A DNA stretch of 41,572 nucleotides from a virus (taxonomy: Duplodnaviria > Caudoviricetes). The position numbers were made by a program, and so were the translations under genes. Position 1 is the stretch's first letter; each line of letters begins with the position of its first letter. The stretch lies in the IMG/VR virus record IMGVR_UViG_3300010201_000003, positions 1 through 41,572 of that record; one strand, given 5' to 3'. Below are positions 34,906 to 41,572 of this stretch, piece by piece. Below the pieces are notes generated by a model that searched no databases, was not told the DNA's origin, and was given only the letters and a program-made list of their open reading frames with translations.

Positions 34906-34940
34906 GACGGCGGCCATGCGTGGCCGTCGTCTCGTTATTT
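34906..34940 (+). terminator. Hairpin/terminator closing array 2
   Basis: GACGGCGGCCA-TGCG-TGGCCGTCGTC, an 11-bp stem with one G-U, followed by TCGTTATTT. Confidence 0.65.
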
Positions 34941-34952
34941 GTCGGAGGACAC

Positions 34953-35624
34953 GTGGACGCGAATTCGATCTATCGAGGACTACTTAATCGCGGCTATGCG
35001 CCGGTGCAGGCCGCCGCGATATCAGGCAACGTTCTGCAAGAGAGTGGCGGAAATCCTGGCGCTCTGAATGCCAAGGAAGGTGCGCACGGCCTGTTGCAGT
35101 GGCGTCTTGATCGCTGGCAGGGACTGCAGGATTTCGCAAATTCGCGCGGAACGTCGCCGAATGACCCTAATACGCAGCTCGACTATATCGGGGCGGAACT
35201 CGGCGGCGCCGAGAAGAAGTCGGCCGCGCCGTTCTTTGCGGCCCAAGACCTCGCTTCGGCAAATGCGGCTCTCAAGAGCTACATCAGATATGGCGATGAT
35301 AGCCAAGCGACGCGACTGGCCAACGCCCAAGGCTTCCTGAAAGACGGCGCAGCGGCAGCAATGGCGCCGATGTCGATTGCTGGGCCTGCGGCGGCCGGTG
35401 GTGAGCCGCCCGCTGCGCCGGTTGCGTCGCAGCCTACACCGGCTGCGACGCAACCGGCGGCGGCTCCTGGCGCGGCGCTCTCCGCTCCAGCCGCGCCGTC
35501 GATCACGCCACAGCAGATCGAACAGCTTGCGGCAGTGCCGCAGGGCCAAAACATCTTGCCGGCGCCGCGGATCTTCGCGCCTCGGAAGGTTGCGCCGTTC
35601 TCTTTGGGTGGGGGGTATTTATGA
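34953..35624 (+). CDS. Virion-associated lysozyme (phage tail lysozyme family)
   Basis: AAAISGNVLQESG..GAHGLLQW..DRW..QLDYI; GGAGG RBS before GTG 34953; Ala/Pro-rich tail. Confidence 0.82.
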   Translation: MDANSIYRGLLNRGYAPVQAAAISGNVLQESGGNPGALNAKEGAHGLLQWRLDRWQGLQDFANSRGTSPNDPNTQLDYIGAELGGAEKKSAAPFFAAQDLASANAALKSYIRYGDDSQATRLANAQGFLKDGAAAAMAPMSIAGPAAAGGEPPAAPVASQPTPAATQPAAAPGAALSAPAAPSITPQQIEQLAAVPQGQNILPAPRIFAPRKVAPFSLGGGYL

Positions 35625-36631
35625 CGCTTTACAAATGGTCTCAGGTGGCGGCGGCCAACGCTGGCGCCGACCAGACTTGTCCGTTTCCAGAGGGTATGAA
35701 CCCCGCGGCCGTCAATGACGGGGTACGTGGCGCGATGGCTGCCGTCGCGAAGTATCGCGACGATGTGTCAGGCTCAATCATCACTGCCGGAACCTCGACC
35801 TCGTACACAGTTTCGAGCTTTCAGGGGTTCGACAGTTTCGCGGACATGAACGGGAAGGAGATTTCTTTCTCTCCGCATGTCAGCAACGGCGCCAACGGGA
35901 CTGGCCTCAATGTTGACGGGCTCGGGATCAAGCCGATTTTGTCGGCTCCTGGTGTTGGTCTTCTCGGCGGCGAACTCGTCCAGGGAGTTCCGTACTCGGT
36001 GCTCTACAACCACGCGGACGGCGCGTTCTATCTGAAATGCTACATCAGCAATCCGTTTGGCGTGCCGCTATTCGGCGGGATGGACTATTGGGACACGGTT
36101 AGTCCTGGAAGCGCGTTCATCTTCCCGCTCGGGCAGCCGCTGTCCCGGACGATCTACGCAAAAGCTTTCGCTCGGTGGGGGACGAGGTTCGGCGCCGGCG
36201 ATGGATCGACAACGTTCAACGCGCCGAACAAGGCTGGCCGCGTCTCCGCGATGATCGAGCCAGCGCCATCGCTCCTCACGGGGTACTTTGGCGGCAATTC
36301 GACGCAAATCGGCGCGATCGGTGGTCTAGAGCATCACCAGCTCAACCAAGGCCAAATGCCGAGCCATTACCACGTGGTTAGCATTTATGATCCGGGCCAC
36401 GCTCACCCCATGCCAAACCTAAAAGTCTTTGGTGCCGACAGCGGCGGAGCTATCGCATATAGCCCGACCTTCGGCAGCGAGTACGGGTTTCCATCGACTG
36501 CAGGCGTGGCGACCGGCGTCAGAGCGAACAGCCCTAACGGTCTAGACACGACTTACACGAGCGGCGGCGACGCCCCGCACAACAACGTACAGCCGACGAT
36601 CACCTGCAACTACATCATCCGGGTTTTGTAA
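35621..36631 (+). CDS. Tail fibre protein with tail-collar domain
   Basis: EGMNPAAVND N-terminus; GQPLSRTIYAKAFARWGTRFGAGDGSTTFNAPN collar; PHNNVQPTITCNYIIRV. Confidence 0.85.
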   Translation: MTLYKWSQVAAANAGADQTCPFPEGMNPAAVNDGVRGAMAAVAKYRDDVSGSIITAGTSTSYTVSSFQGFDSFADMNGKEISFSPHVSNGANGTGLNVDGLGIKPILSAPGVGLLGGELVQGVPYSVLYNHADGAFYLKCYISNPFGVPLFGGMDYWDTVSPGSAFIFPLGQPLSRTIYAKAFARWGTRFGAGDGSTTFNAPNKAGRVSAMIEPAPSLLTGYFGGNSTQIGAIGGLEHHQLNQGQMPSHYHVVSIYDPGHAHPMPNLKVFGADSGGAIAYSPTFGSEYGFPSTAGVATGVRANSPNGLDTTYTSGGDAPHNNVQPTITCNYIIRVL

Positions 36632-36665
36632 TCGCCGCTGGGGAGCGGCTGTTGTGGGGGATAAA

Positions 36666-36884
36666 ATGAAACTGATTGACAATTGGCCGCGCGAGCTGCG
36701 CCGGCTGCATTCGCTGCGCGTTGCCTACGGCGGCGCGGCGTTCTGGTCGGCGATCGGCGGCGCGATCATGATCTGGCCGTCGCTCGCCGATAAGATCCCG
36801 GTTGGCGCGTATGTTGTCGGCGGCCTCGCGCTGTCGGTGGCGTTCGGCCTCGCCCGCGTGCTCAAGCAGCCGGGGGCGGAATAA
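36666..36884 (+). CDS. Putative holin (2 TM)
   Basis: MKLIDNW..HSLR, two hydrophobic helices, ARVLKQ; TAATG-coupled to the endolysin. Confidence 0.75.
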   Translation: MKLIDNWPRELRRLHSLRVAYGGAAFWSAIGGAIMIWPSLADKIPVGAYVVGGLALSVAFGLARVLKQPGAE

Positions 36885-37417
36885 TGGCGGCAGTTGCTAA
36901 GCGCAAAGTTGCAGGCCTGTCGGCCGCGGGTGCTATGTTCGCCGCAATCCTTTTCGGCCATTGGGAAGGGATGAGCCTTGTTGCTCGCCACCTTCCATTT
37001 GATCCGCCCGGCGTAATCACCGTCTGCGGCGGGATCACGAACTACGATTGGCCTTGGCTCAAGGTCGGCATGAAGTTCACAGAGCCCGAATGCATCAAGG
37101 CGCAGGCCGACGCGATGCAACGCTACGGTGCCCAGGTTGCGGCTTGCGTTCCGGGTCTCGCCGATATGCCGCCGCATCGACAAGCCGCGCTGGCTTCCTT
37201 CGCCGGCAACCTCGGTGCCGGCAAGATCTGCAATCGCACGGATCGCTATAAGCGCAATCCCTCGATCGCTGAAAACCTGAATGCCGGGCGGGTTCGGGAA
37301 GCCTGCGACGCGATGGTCAAGTTCGTCTATGCGAACGGCACCTTCCTGCAGGGTCTTCTCAACCGTCGCACCGATGCGATGTGGGGCGAGCGGCCCTGGT
37401 GCCTGCGGGAGGACTGA
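36884..37417 (+). CDS. Endolysin, GH24 lysozyme with probable SAR anchor
   Basis: Gly/Ala-rich hydrophobic N-terminus; E-..-D-..-TVCGG triad region; ALASFAGNLG; GLLNRR. Confidence 0.88.
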   Translation: MAAVAKRKVAGLSAAGAMFAAILFGHWEGMSLVARHLPFDPPGVITVCGGITNYDWPWLKVGMKFTEPECIKAQADAMQRYGAQVAACVPGLADMPPHRQAALASFAGNLGAGKICNRTDRYKRNPSIAENLNAGRVREACDAMVKFVYANGTFLQGLLNRRTDAMWGERPWCLRED

Positions 37418-37420
37418 GCG

Positions 37421-37888
37421 ATGACGAATCTGTTCTGGATGGTCGCAACCTCCACGCTGGCGATCGAGCTCGCCGCGGTGCTGCTGCTGGTCGCGCTGGT
37501 GGTGGGCTGGTTTCCCCTGGTCAAGTATCTGCCGGCGATCGGGGCTTACGTCCCGGCCGCCCGGCTCGTCTCGATCGCTCTCATCGCCGCTATCTCGTTT
37601 TCGATTGGGTTCCGAACATCGGATGAGCGGGAAAACATGGACAAACTACGCGCAACCCTCGCCATTCGGGACCGCGACCTTGCGATAGCAGCCAAATCAG
37701 CGGCGGATGCACGAAAGCGTCTGGATGCGAGTGAGGCGGCGGCAAATGCGCAATGGGAAGCTGACGCGGACTATATTTCAAAGCTGGTCCCATCCGATCT
37801 GTGCAGCTTCGATCCTGGTCCTCATGGCGGGGTGCGGGCACGCGCCGCCTCCGGAAACGCCGGCGCGCGAGCTGCCGGCGGCTCCTAG
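37421..37888 (+). CDS. Rz-like inner-membrane spanin
   Basis: N-terminal TM segments plus coiled coil, after the endolysin. Confidence 0.65.
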   Translation: MTNLFWMVATSTLAIELAAVLLLVALVVGWFPLVKYLPAIGAYVPAARLVSIALIAAISFSIGFRTSDERENMDKLRATLAIRDRDLAIAAKSAADARKRLDASEAAANAQWEADADYISKLVPSDLCSFDPGPHGGVRARAASGNAGARAAGGS

Positions 37889-38084
37889 CTTGATGCAGTC
37901 GCCGCCGGTCCCGCAACTCGACGCGACGTGCCGATTTCCCTGGTACGGCGTGAAGGGATGCAAGGGCAAGGACACCCGCGCGATGCTGAGGCTAACCGTC
38001 TCGGATGATCTCGCTGTGCGGGGCCGGCTCGAAAGCTCTCTCGGCTGGTACGAAGGCGTCCAGCAGGAATACGGCGCAAAATGA
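37746..38084 (+). CDS. Rz1-like outer-membrane spanin (lipoprotein)
   Basis: Overlaps Rz in another frame; lipobox LVLMAG-C; Pro-rich mature part. Confidence 0.65.
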   Translation: MRNGKLTRTIFQSWSHPICAASILVLMAGCGHAPPPETPARELPAAPSLMQSPPVPQLDATCRFPWYGVKGCKGKDTRAMLRLTVSDDLAVRGRLESSLGWYEGVQQEYGAK

Positions 38085-38416
38085 ACGAGGCTTCGACCAC
38101 AGAGCGATTGCAGCTCGATATCCTGCAAATGATTGGCGAACTGCGCCAGCAAGTCGGCGTTGTCCAGGCTCAGAACGAACACATCATCAAGTCGCAGGAC
38201 GTCGCCGATGAACGGCGACGTGAAATGTACGTGAAGCTGAACAAGATCGACGCGGTTGAGCGAGAGTTGCAGCGCATCGTTCCGTTGGTCGATATCCACG
38301 AGCAAAGGCACCAGCAGTCAATCGGCGCGTTGTGGCTGGCGCGGGGCGGCTGGACGATCGGAGGCGGCGCCGTCGGCGCGCTGGTCGCGTGGTTGTTGAA
38401 GGCATTTCTTCGGTAG
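38081..38416 (+). CDS. Coiled-coil protein with C-terminal TM helix (lysis region)
   Basis: ATGA coupling; C-terminal GWTIGGGAVGALVAWLLKAFLR. Confidence 0.72.
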   Translation: MNEASTTERLQLDILQMIGELRQQVGVVQAQNEHIIKSQDVADERRREMYVKLNKIDAVERELQRIVPLVDIHEQRHQQSIGALWLARGGWTIGGGAVGALVAWLLKAFLR

Positions 38417-38441
38417 GCGAGCGATCCGTTCCTCCCTGACT

Positions 38442-38476
38442 GGCCGTCGATCATCACCGATCGGCGGCCGTTTTCT
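38442..38476 (+). terminator. Intrinsic terminator of the late operon
   Basis: GGCCGTCGATC-ATCACC-GATCGGCGGCC followed by GTTTTCT. Confidence 0.7.
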
Positions 38477-38607
38477 GTCCGCAATCGCCTCTTCGCGGCT
38501 GCTCGGCAGGGGCTACATCGGTGATCGGCTCCGCGCTGTCGCCGGCATCGTCAAACAAGTTGACATGGCACGTTTGGCGAATCCCGAGAATCAGGCATTA
38601 TTGCAAT

Positions 38608-38829
38608 ATGATAGCTCAAATTATCTCCGCAGAAGCCTCGGGGCAACGTGCCTTCTTCGTTGCTAACGGAGTTGACCGACAGATGTTGTCGGCTGCCGTG
38701 AAGCAAACCCTACCAAGAGTAACGCGGGTCGATGTTCTTTCGGGAACGCCGGGCGCCGAATTGCTGCGCGGTGTTGCGCCCGGTACATTGCGTATTTGGA
38801 AGGGCGAAGAACGGTTCGAGGCGCTTTAG
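38608..38829 (+). CDS. Hypothetical protein (moron-like)
   Basis: MIAQIISAE..; start uncertain; ends before a hairpin. Confidence 0.45.
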   Translation: MIAQIISAEASGQRAFFVANGVDRQMLSAAVKQTLPRVTRVDVLSGTPGAELLRGVAPGTLRIWKGEERFEAL

Positions 38830-38861
38830 CGCGCTATCTTCCTCTGATTGAGAACTGCCAC

Positions 38862-38893
38862 AGGCCCCGCCGCTCTCGCCGAGCTGCGGGGCC
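38862..38893. terminator. Hairpin between convergent genes
   Basis: GGCCCCGC..GCTC/GAGC..GCGGGGCC. Confidence 0.5.
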
Positions 38894-38902
38894 GTTGCAA
38901 TT

Positions 38903-39037
38903 TCAGGCGCGGCAATTCGCTTCGATCACTGCCATAGCCAGCAAGAATCGAAGGTGGGCCAGTCCGAGTTCATCAGCGAGCGCAATCGCTGCGGCGATGT
39001 GCTCCAGCAGGGCTGCAAGTCGGTCTGAATCGGTCAT
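38903..39037 (-). CDS. Small helical protein (44 aa; below ORF-track cutoff)
   Basis: MTDSDRLAALLEHIAAAIALADELGLAHLRFLLAMAVIEANCRA*; GAGGGG RBS. Confidence 0.55.
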   Translation of the reverse strand: MTDSDRLAALLEHIAAAIALADELGLAHLRFLLAMAVIEANCRA

Positions 39038-39269
39038 GGCTCAAATCCCCCTCGGTGCGATGAGCTGCCGAATGGCAGCGTCGCAGCTTGCGGGGAGACG
39101 GGAGGACGGCGGCGGTAAGCGTTCTGGATTTCGGGGGCGCCGCCGCTTGTCTGGCCTGGGCGCCGGCTAGACGACGTTGCCGCCCGGCCGCGGCGCCGTT
39201 CGAAACGACGGCCTCTTGCGAATGACGCTGCCGGGCAATAGGTTTGCGGCGCAATTGCTGGGGGTTCAA

Positions 39270-39470
39270 ATGACGGATTTTATTGAGGTGACGAGAGCTA
39301 CTGTTCTTGTAAGCGGTGCTGTTGCTGCCAAACCTACTACGGTATCACTTAGCCACATCGTTCAAGTATCGGGTGGAGCGTTCGATACCGGCCTTATAAT
39401 CTTGTCTAATGGTACTACGTTCAACACGATGGAATCGTATCCCAAGTTGAAGACCATTCTGGGGATCTAG
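39270..39470 (+). CDS. Small AT-rich moron protein (66 aa)
   Basis: GGGG RBS, MTDFIEVT..; visibly lower GC than its flanks. Confidence 0.6.
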   Translation: MTDFIEVTRATVLVSGAVAAKPTTVSLSHIVQVSGGAFDTGLIILSNGTTFNTMESYPKLKTILGI

Positions 39471-39506
39471 TTCCTCGCACAACTTTAGTCTCTATCGAGG
39501 CGGTCA

Positions 39507-39929
39507 TCATGCCGGCGGGTCCGCTCGCCAAGCCGACGTAAACGGAGTTTTGTGCAGGCTGTTGTCGTGCCAATTCGGCACGACATGGACGCAGCCGGGC
39601 GTTCCGCATTCGGTGCAGAGCATGGCGCGGCAGACGCGGCGCCACGGCCAATCCGGCGGGAGCTGGTCAAGTCTCAGGCTGTTGACCTGGTGCCCGCACC
39701 ACGTGCAGCGGACATGGGCCGTGCGATGCCCGTCCGCCATCCAGGCGCCCGGCGAGCTGATCGGATATCTCGGGGTGGCGCTCGGCACCCGGCGGCGCGT
39801 CCTGATGGTCCCGCGCTCGGTGAGGATGGCGATCGGTCCCGGCCGAATCTCGATTCGGCCGATCTTTCGGACCGGAGGCTCGTTTGCAGCGCTCTCGCAG
39901 GTGTTGTTCGGGTCTTGGAAACCGCTCAT
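39507..39929 (-). CDS. Zn-ribbon-like hypothetical protein
   Basis: HVRCTWCGH...MLCTECG..PNWHD (two CxxC); start uncertain. Confidence 0.6.
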   Translation of the reverse strand: MSGFQDPNNTCESAANEPPVRKIGRIEIRPGPIAILTERGTIRTRRRVPSATPRYPISSPGAWMADGHRTAHVRCTWCGHQVNSLRLDQLPPDWPWRRVCRAMLCTECGTPGCVHVVPNWHDNSLHKTPFTSAWRADPPA

Positions 39930-40036
39930 AGGCTTGTTTTGCCTTTGCCAATCGGAATATAAATATGAACGGATTCAATGCGGGTCTAGTTCGATGTTTG
40001 ACACAAAAAACTCAGTAAAAACAACGAAGTCCCCGC

Positions 40037-40086
40037 GTCTGGGAGACTAGGGGTCGAAGGTTCAAATCCTTTCGCTCCGACCATTT
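40037..40086 (+). repeat. attR core (50 bp; duplicated tRNA-Pro 3' end)
   Basis: Identical to 1354-1403; lacks the tRNA 5' half. Confidence 0.96.
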
Positions 40087-40231
40087 ATCGGCCTTCGGTA
40101 TTTTGTTCATCGAGTGCGGCGCGAGTTATGGCGCGCTTTATTCTGCCTCGGCTCCAGCCATAGAATTTAGGCGGGTCGCGGCCGCCAGGTCCAACACTCC
40201 TTATCGAGACGAGCTTTAGAGGGCGCACGAC

Positions 40232-40459
40232 ATGTCGTCGTTCTGGCAATCGGTGAAGAATGCCTTCATCCCTTGGCGGCTGCTGGAGCGGGACGGGGAC
40301 GATGGCGGCGCCGGTATGCGCACGATCGAATTCGGGCAGACCATGATCGATGGGACGGCTGGTGACGGTCTCACCGACGTCACAGCCGCCGTCCATCACC
40401 ACCCCCACGATGATCTGCCAAGTCATCCGGCGCCGGATAACAGGACTGCGAATAGCTAG
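40232..40459 (+). CDS. Hypothetical host protein
   Basis: GAGGGG RBS, 75-aa ORF. Confidence 0.45.
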   Translation: MSSFWQSVKNAFIPWRLLERDGDDGGAGMRTIEFGQTMIDGTAGDGLTDVTAAVHHHPHDDLPSHPAPDNRTANS

Positions 40460-40776
40460 GTTGGCGCAATCGCCGGGCGAAGTCGGAATTACTACTCGCT
40501 CCGAAGTAACAGTTCTCAGAATCGATCAAAAGAAAGTCTGACACGACAATTTGTCGCATCTCGGACTTGCGTCGATACGCGCACTCGCAAGCACTGTGCA
40601 TCAGCTAATCGCTGACAGGCGCTGAAGAACCTTCCATCAACTAATCACTTGTCGATTGTGCTCATTCGTCCGCGTCGCGCGGCCGGTTTGAGGTATTCTA
40701 TGCTGCGACCTCGTGTTCGGACGGACATGCTCGATTACAGCAGCGATGGCGCTGGGCCTCCCAGCAACATCGGGGC

Positions 40777-41572
40777 ATGGGCATGTTTCAAACAACAACA
40801 AAAGCGACAGGGCGAACTCTTCTGCTCTGCACCGTCGGTGCGGTCGCGCTGACGATTCCAATTCCGCAGGGCGCGCAAGCGCAATCCAATCTGCCGGCCG
40901 TCACCGTCGATGCGCCGCGCGCCGAGCGGGCGCGCACCGCGCGTCCGGTCGCCAGCACGCGCGCCGGCACCACACGACGCGTTGCCGCTCGCCGGGAGGC
41001 CCGGCCGCCTGCGCCGGTCGCACCGGTGCCATACGTAACACCGTCGACCGGCACGCTCGGCGCGCTGCCGGCAAGCTACGCGGGCGGCCAGGTCGCGAGT
41101 GGCGGGCAGGTCGGTTTCCTCGGCAATCGCAGCCTGCTCGACACGCCGTTCAGCCAGACCAACTACACTGCCAAGCTGATGCAGGATCAGCAGGCGCGCA
41201 CGATCCGCGATGTCGTCGCCAACGATCCCTCGGTGCGGGCAGTGACGTCCGCCGGCGGCGGGCAGGACGGCTATTTCATCCGCGGCTTCTACTATGACGT
41301 CGGCGATCTAGCGCTGAACGGCATGTACGGCATGGCGCCGTTCTGGAGCGTCGGCGCCAATTTCATCGAACGGGTCGAGATCCTCAAAGGCCCGACCGCG
41401 CTGCTCACCGGCATCTCGCCGCTTGGCGCGGTCGGCGGCAGCATCAATCTCGTCACCAAGAAGGCGCCAGATTACGACATCACCCAGCTCACCGCGACCT
41501 ACGCGTCGCGCTCGCAATTCGGCCTGCAGGCCGATGTCGCGCGGCGCTACGGCGAGCACAAGGAGTGGGGCG
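40777..41572 (+). CDS. TonB-dependent (siderophore-type) receptor, 3'-truncated by window edge; not in ORF track
   Basis: Signal peptide MGMFQ..LLLCTVGAVAL..AQA|QS, TonB box LPAVTVDA, plug GFLGNRSLLDTPFS..IRGF..IERVEILKGPTALL..GGSINLVTK. Confidence 0.92.
   Translation, partial: MGMFQTTTKATGRTLLLCTVGAVALTIPIPQGAQAQSNLPAVTVDAPRAERARTARPVASTRAGTTRRVAARREARPPAPVAPVPYVTPSTGTLGALPASYAGGQVASGGQVGFLGNRSLLDTPFSQTNYTAKLMQDQQARTIRDVVANDPSVRAVTSAGGGQDGYFIRGFYYDVGDLALNGMYGMAPFWSVGANFIERVEILKGPTALLTGISPLGAVGGSINLVTKKAPDYDITQLTATYASRSQFGLQADVARRYGEHKEWG

Larger units (their letters stand above)
1354..40086. mobile_element. Complete temperate prophage (P22-like/podovirus-type gene order) integrated in tRNA-Pro
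   Basis: Bounded by an identical 50-bp repeat; carries integrase, cI/cro, replication, terminase, portal, capsid, ejection, fibre and lysis genes. Confidence 0.96.

Noticed and set aside
35621-36631. Diversity-generating retroelement or invertible tail-fibre system
   Set aside because: No reverse transcriptase, invertase or template/variable repeat pair seen.
40037-40083. Second tRNA-Pro gene
   Set aside because: Only the 3' 47 nt are present; this is attR.

Overview
An apparently intact ~38.7 kb temperate prophage (1354-40086) is integrated in tRNA-Pro(GGG) of a GC-rich alphaproteobacterium (Rhizobiales-like gene context). Host flanks are ihfA and a MerR-family gene on the left and a TonB-dependent receptor on the right. 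A perfect 50-bp direct repeat (attL/attR) bounds the phage. Gene order is lambdoid/P22-like podovirus: int-xis, a leftward recombination operon (HNH, NinB, J-domain, YqaJ exonuclease, ERF), a cI/cro switch with ATAAC-N4-GTTAT operators, a replication gene with iterons, terS/terL, portal, scaffold, N4-gp56-type capsid, tail and ejection proteins, tail fibre and lysis genes. The standout feature is a cassette (31.6-34.9 kb) in the P22 immI-like position. It holds an RHH repressor, a lipoprotein, a C4-like antisense RNA with matching upstream targets, and a 250-aa protein with RAMP/Cas7-like motifs. That gene and a 169-aa partner gene are each followed by a non-coding (GGC-NN)n pentamer array, punctuated by 4-nt GGCA/GGCC units into 49-nt blocks (one is 59 nt). 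This looks like a phage-encoded, non-CRISPR RNA-guided system whose information lies in the variable dinucleotides. All product calls come from motif recognition by eye; no database search was run.
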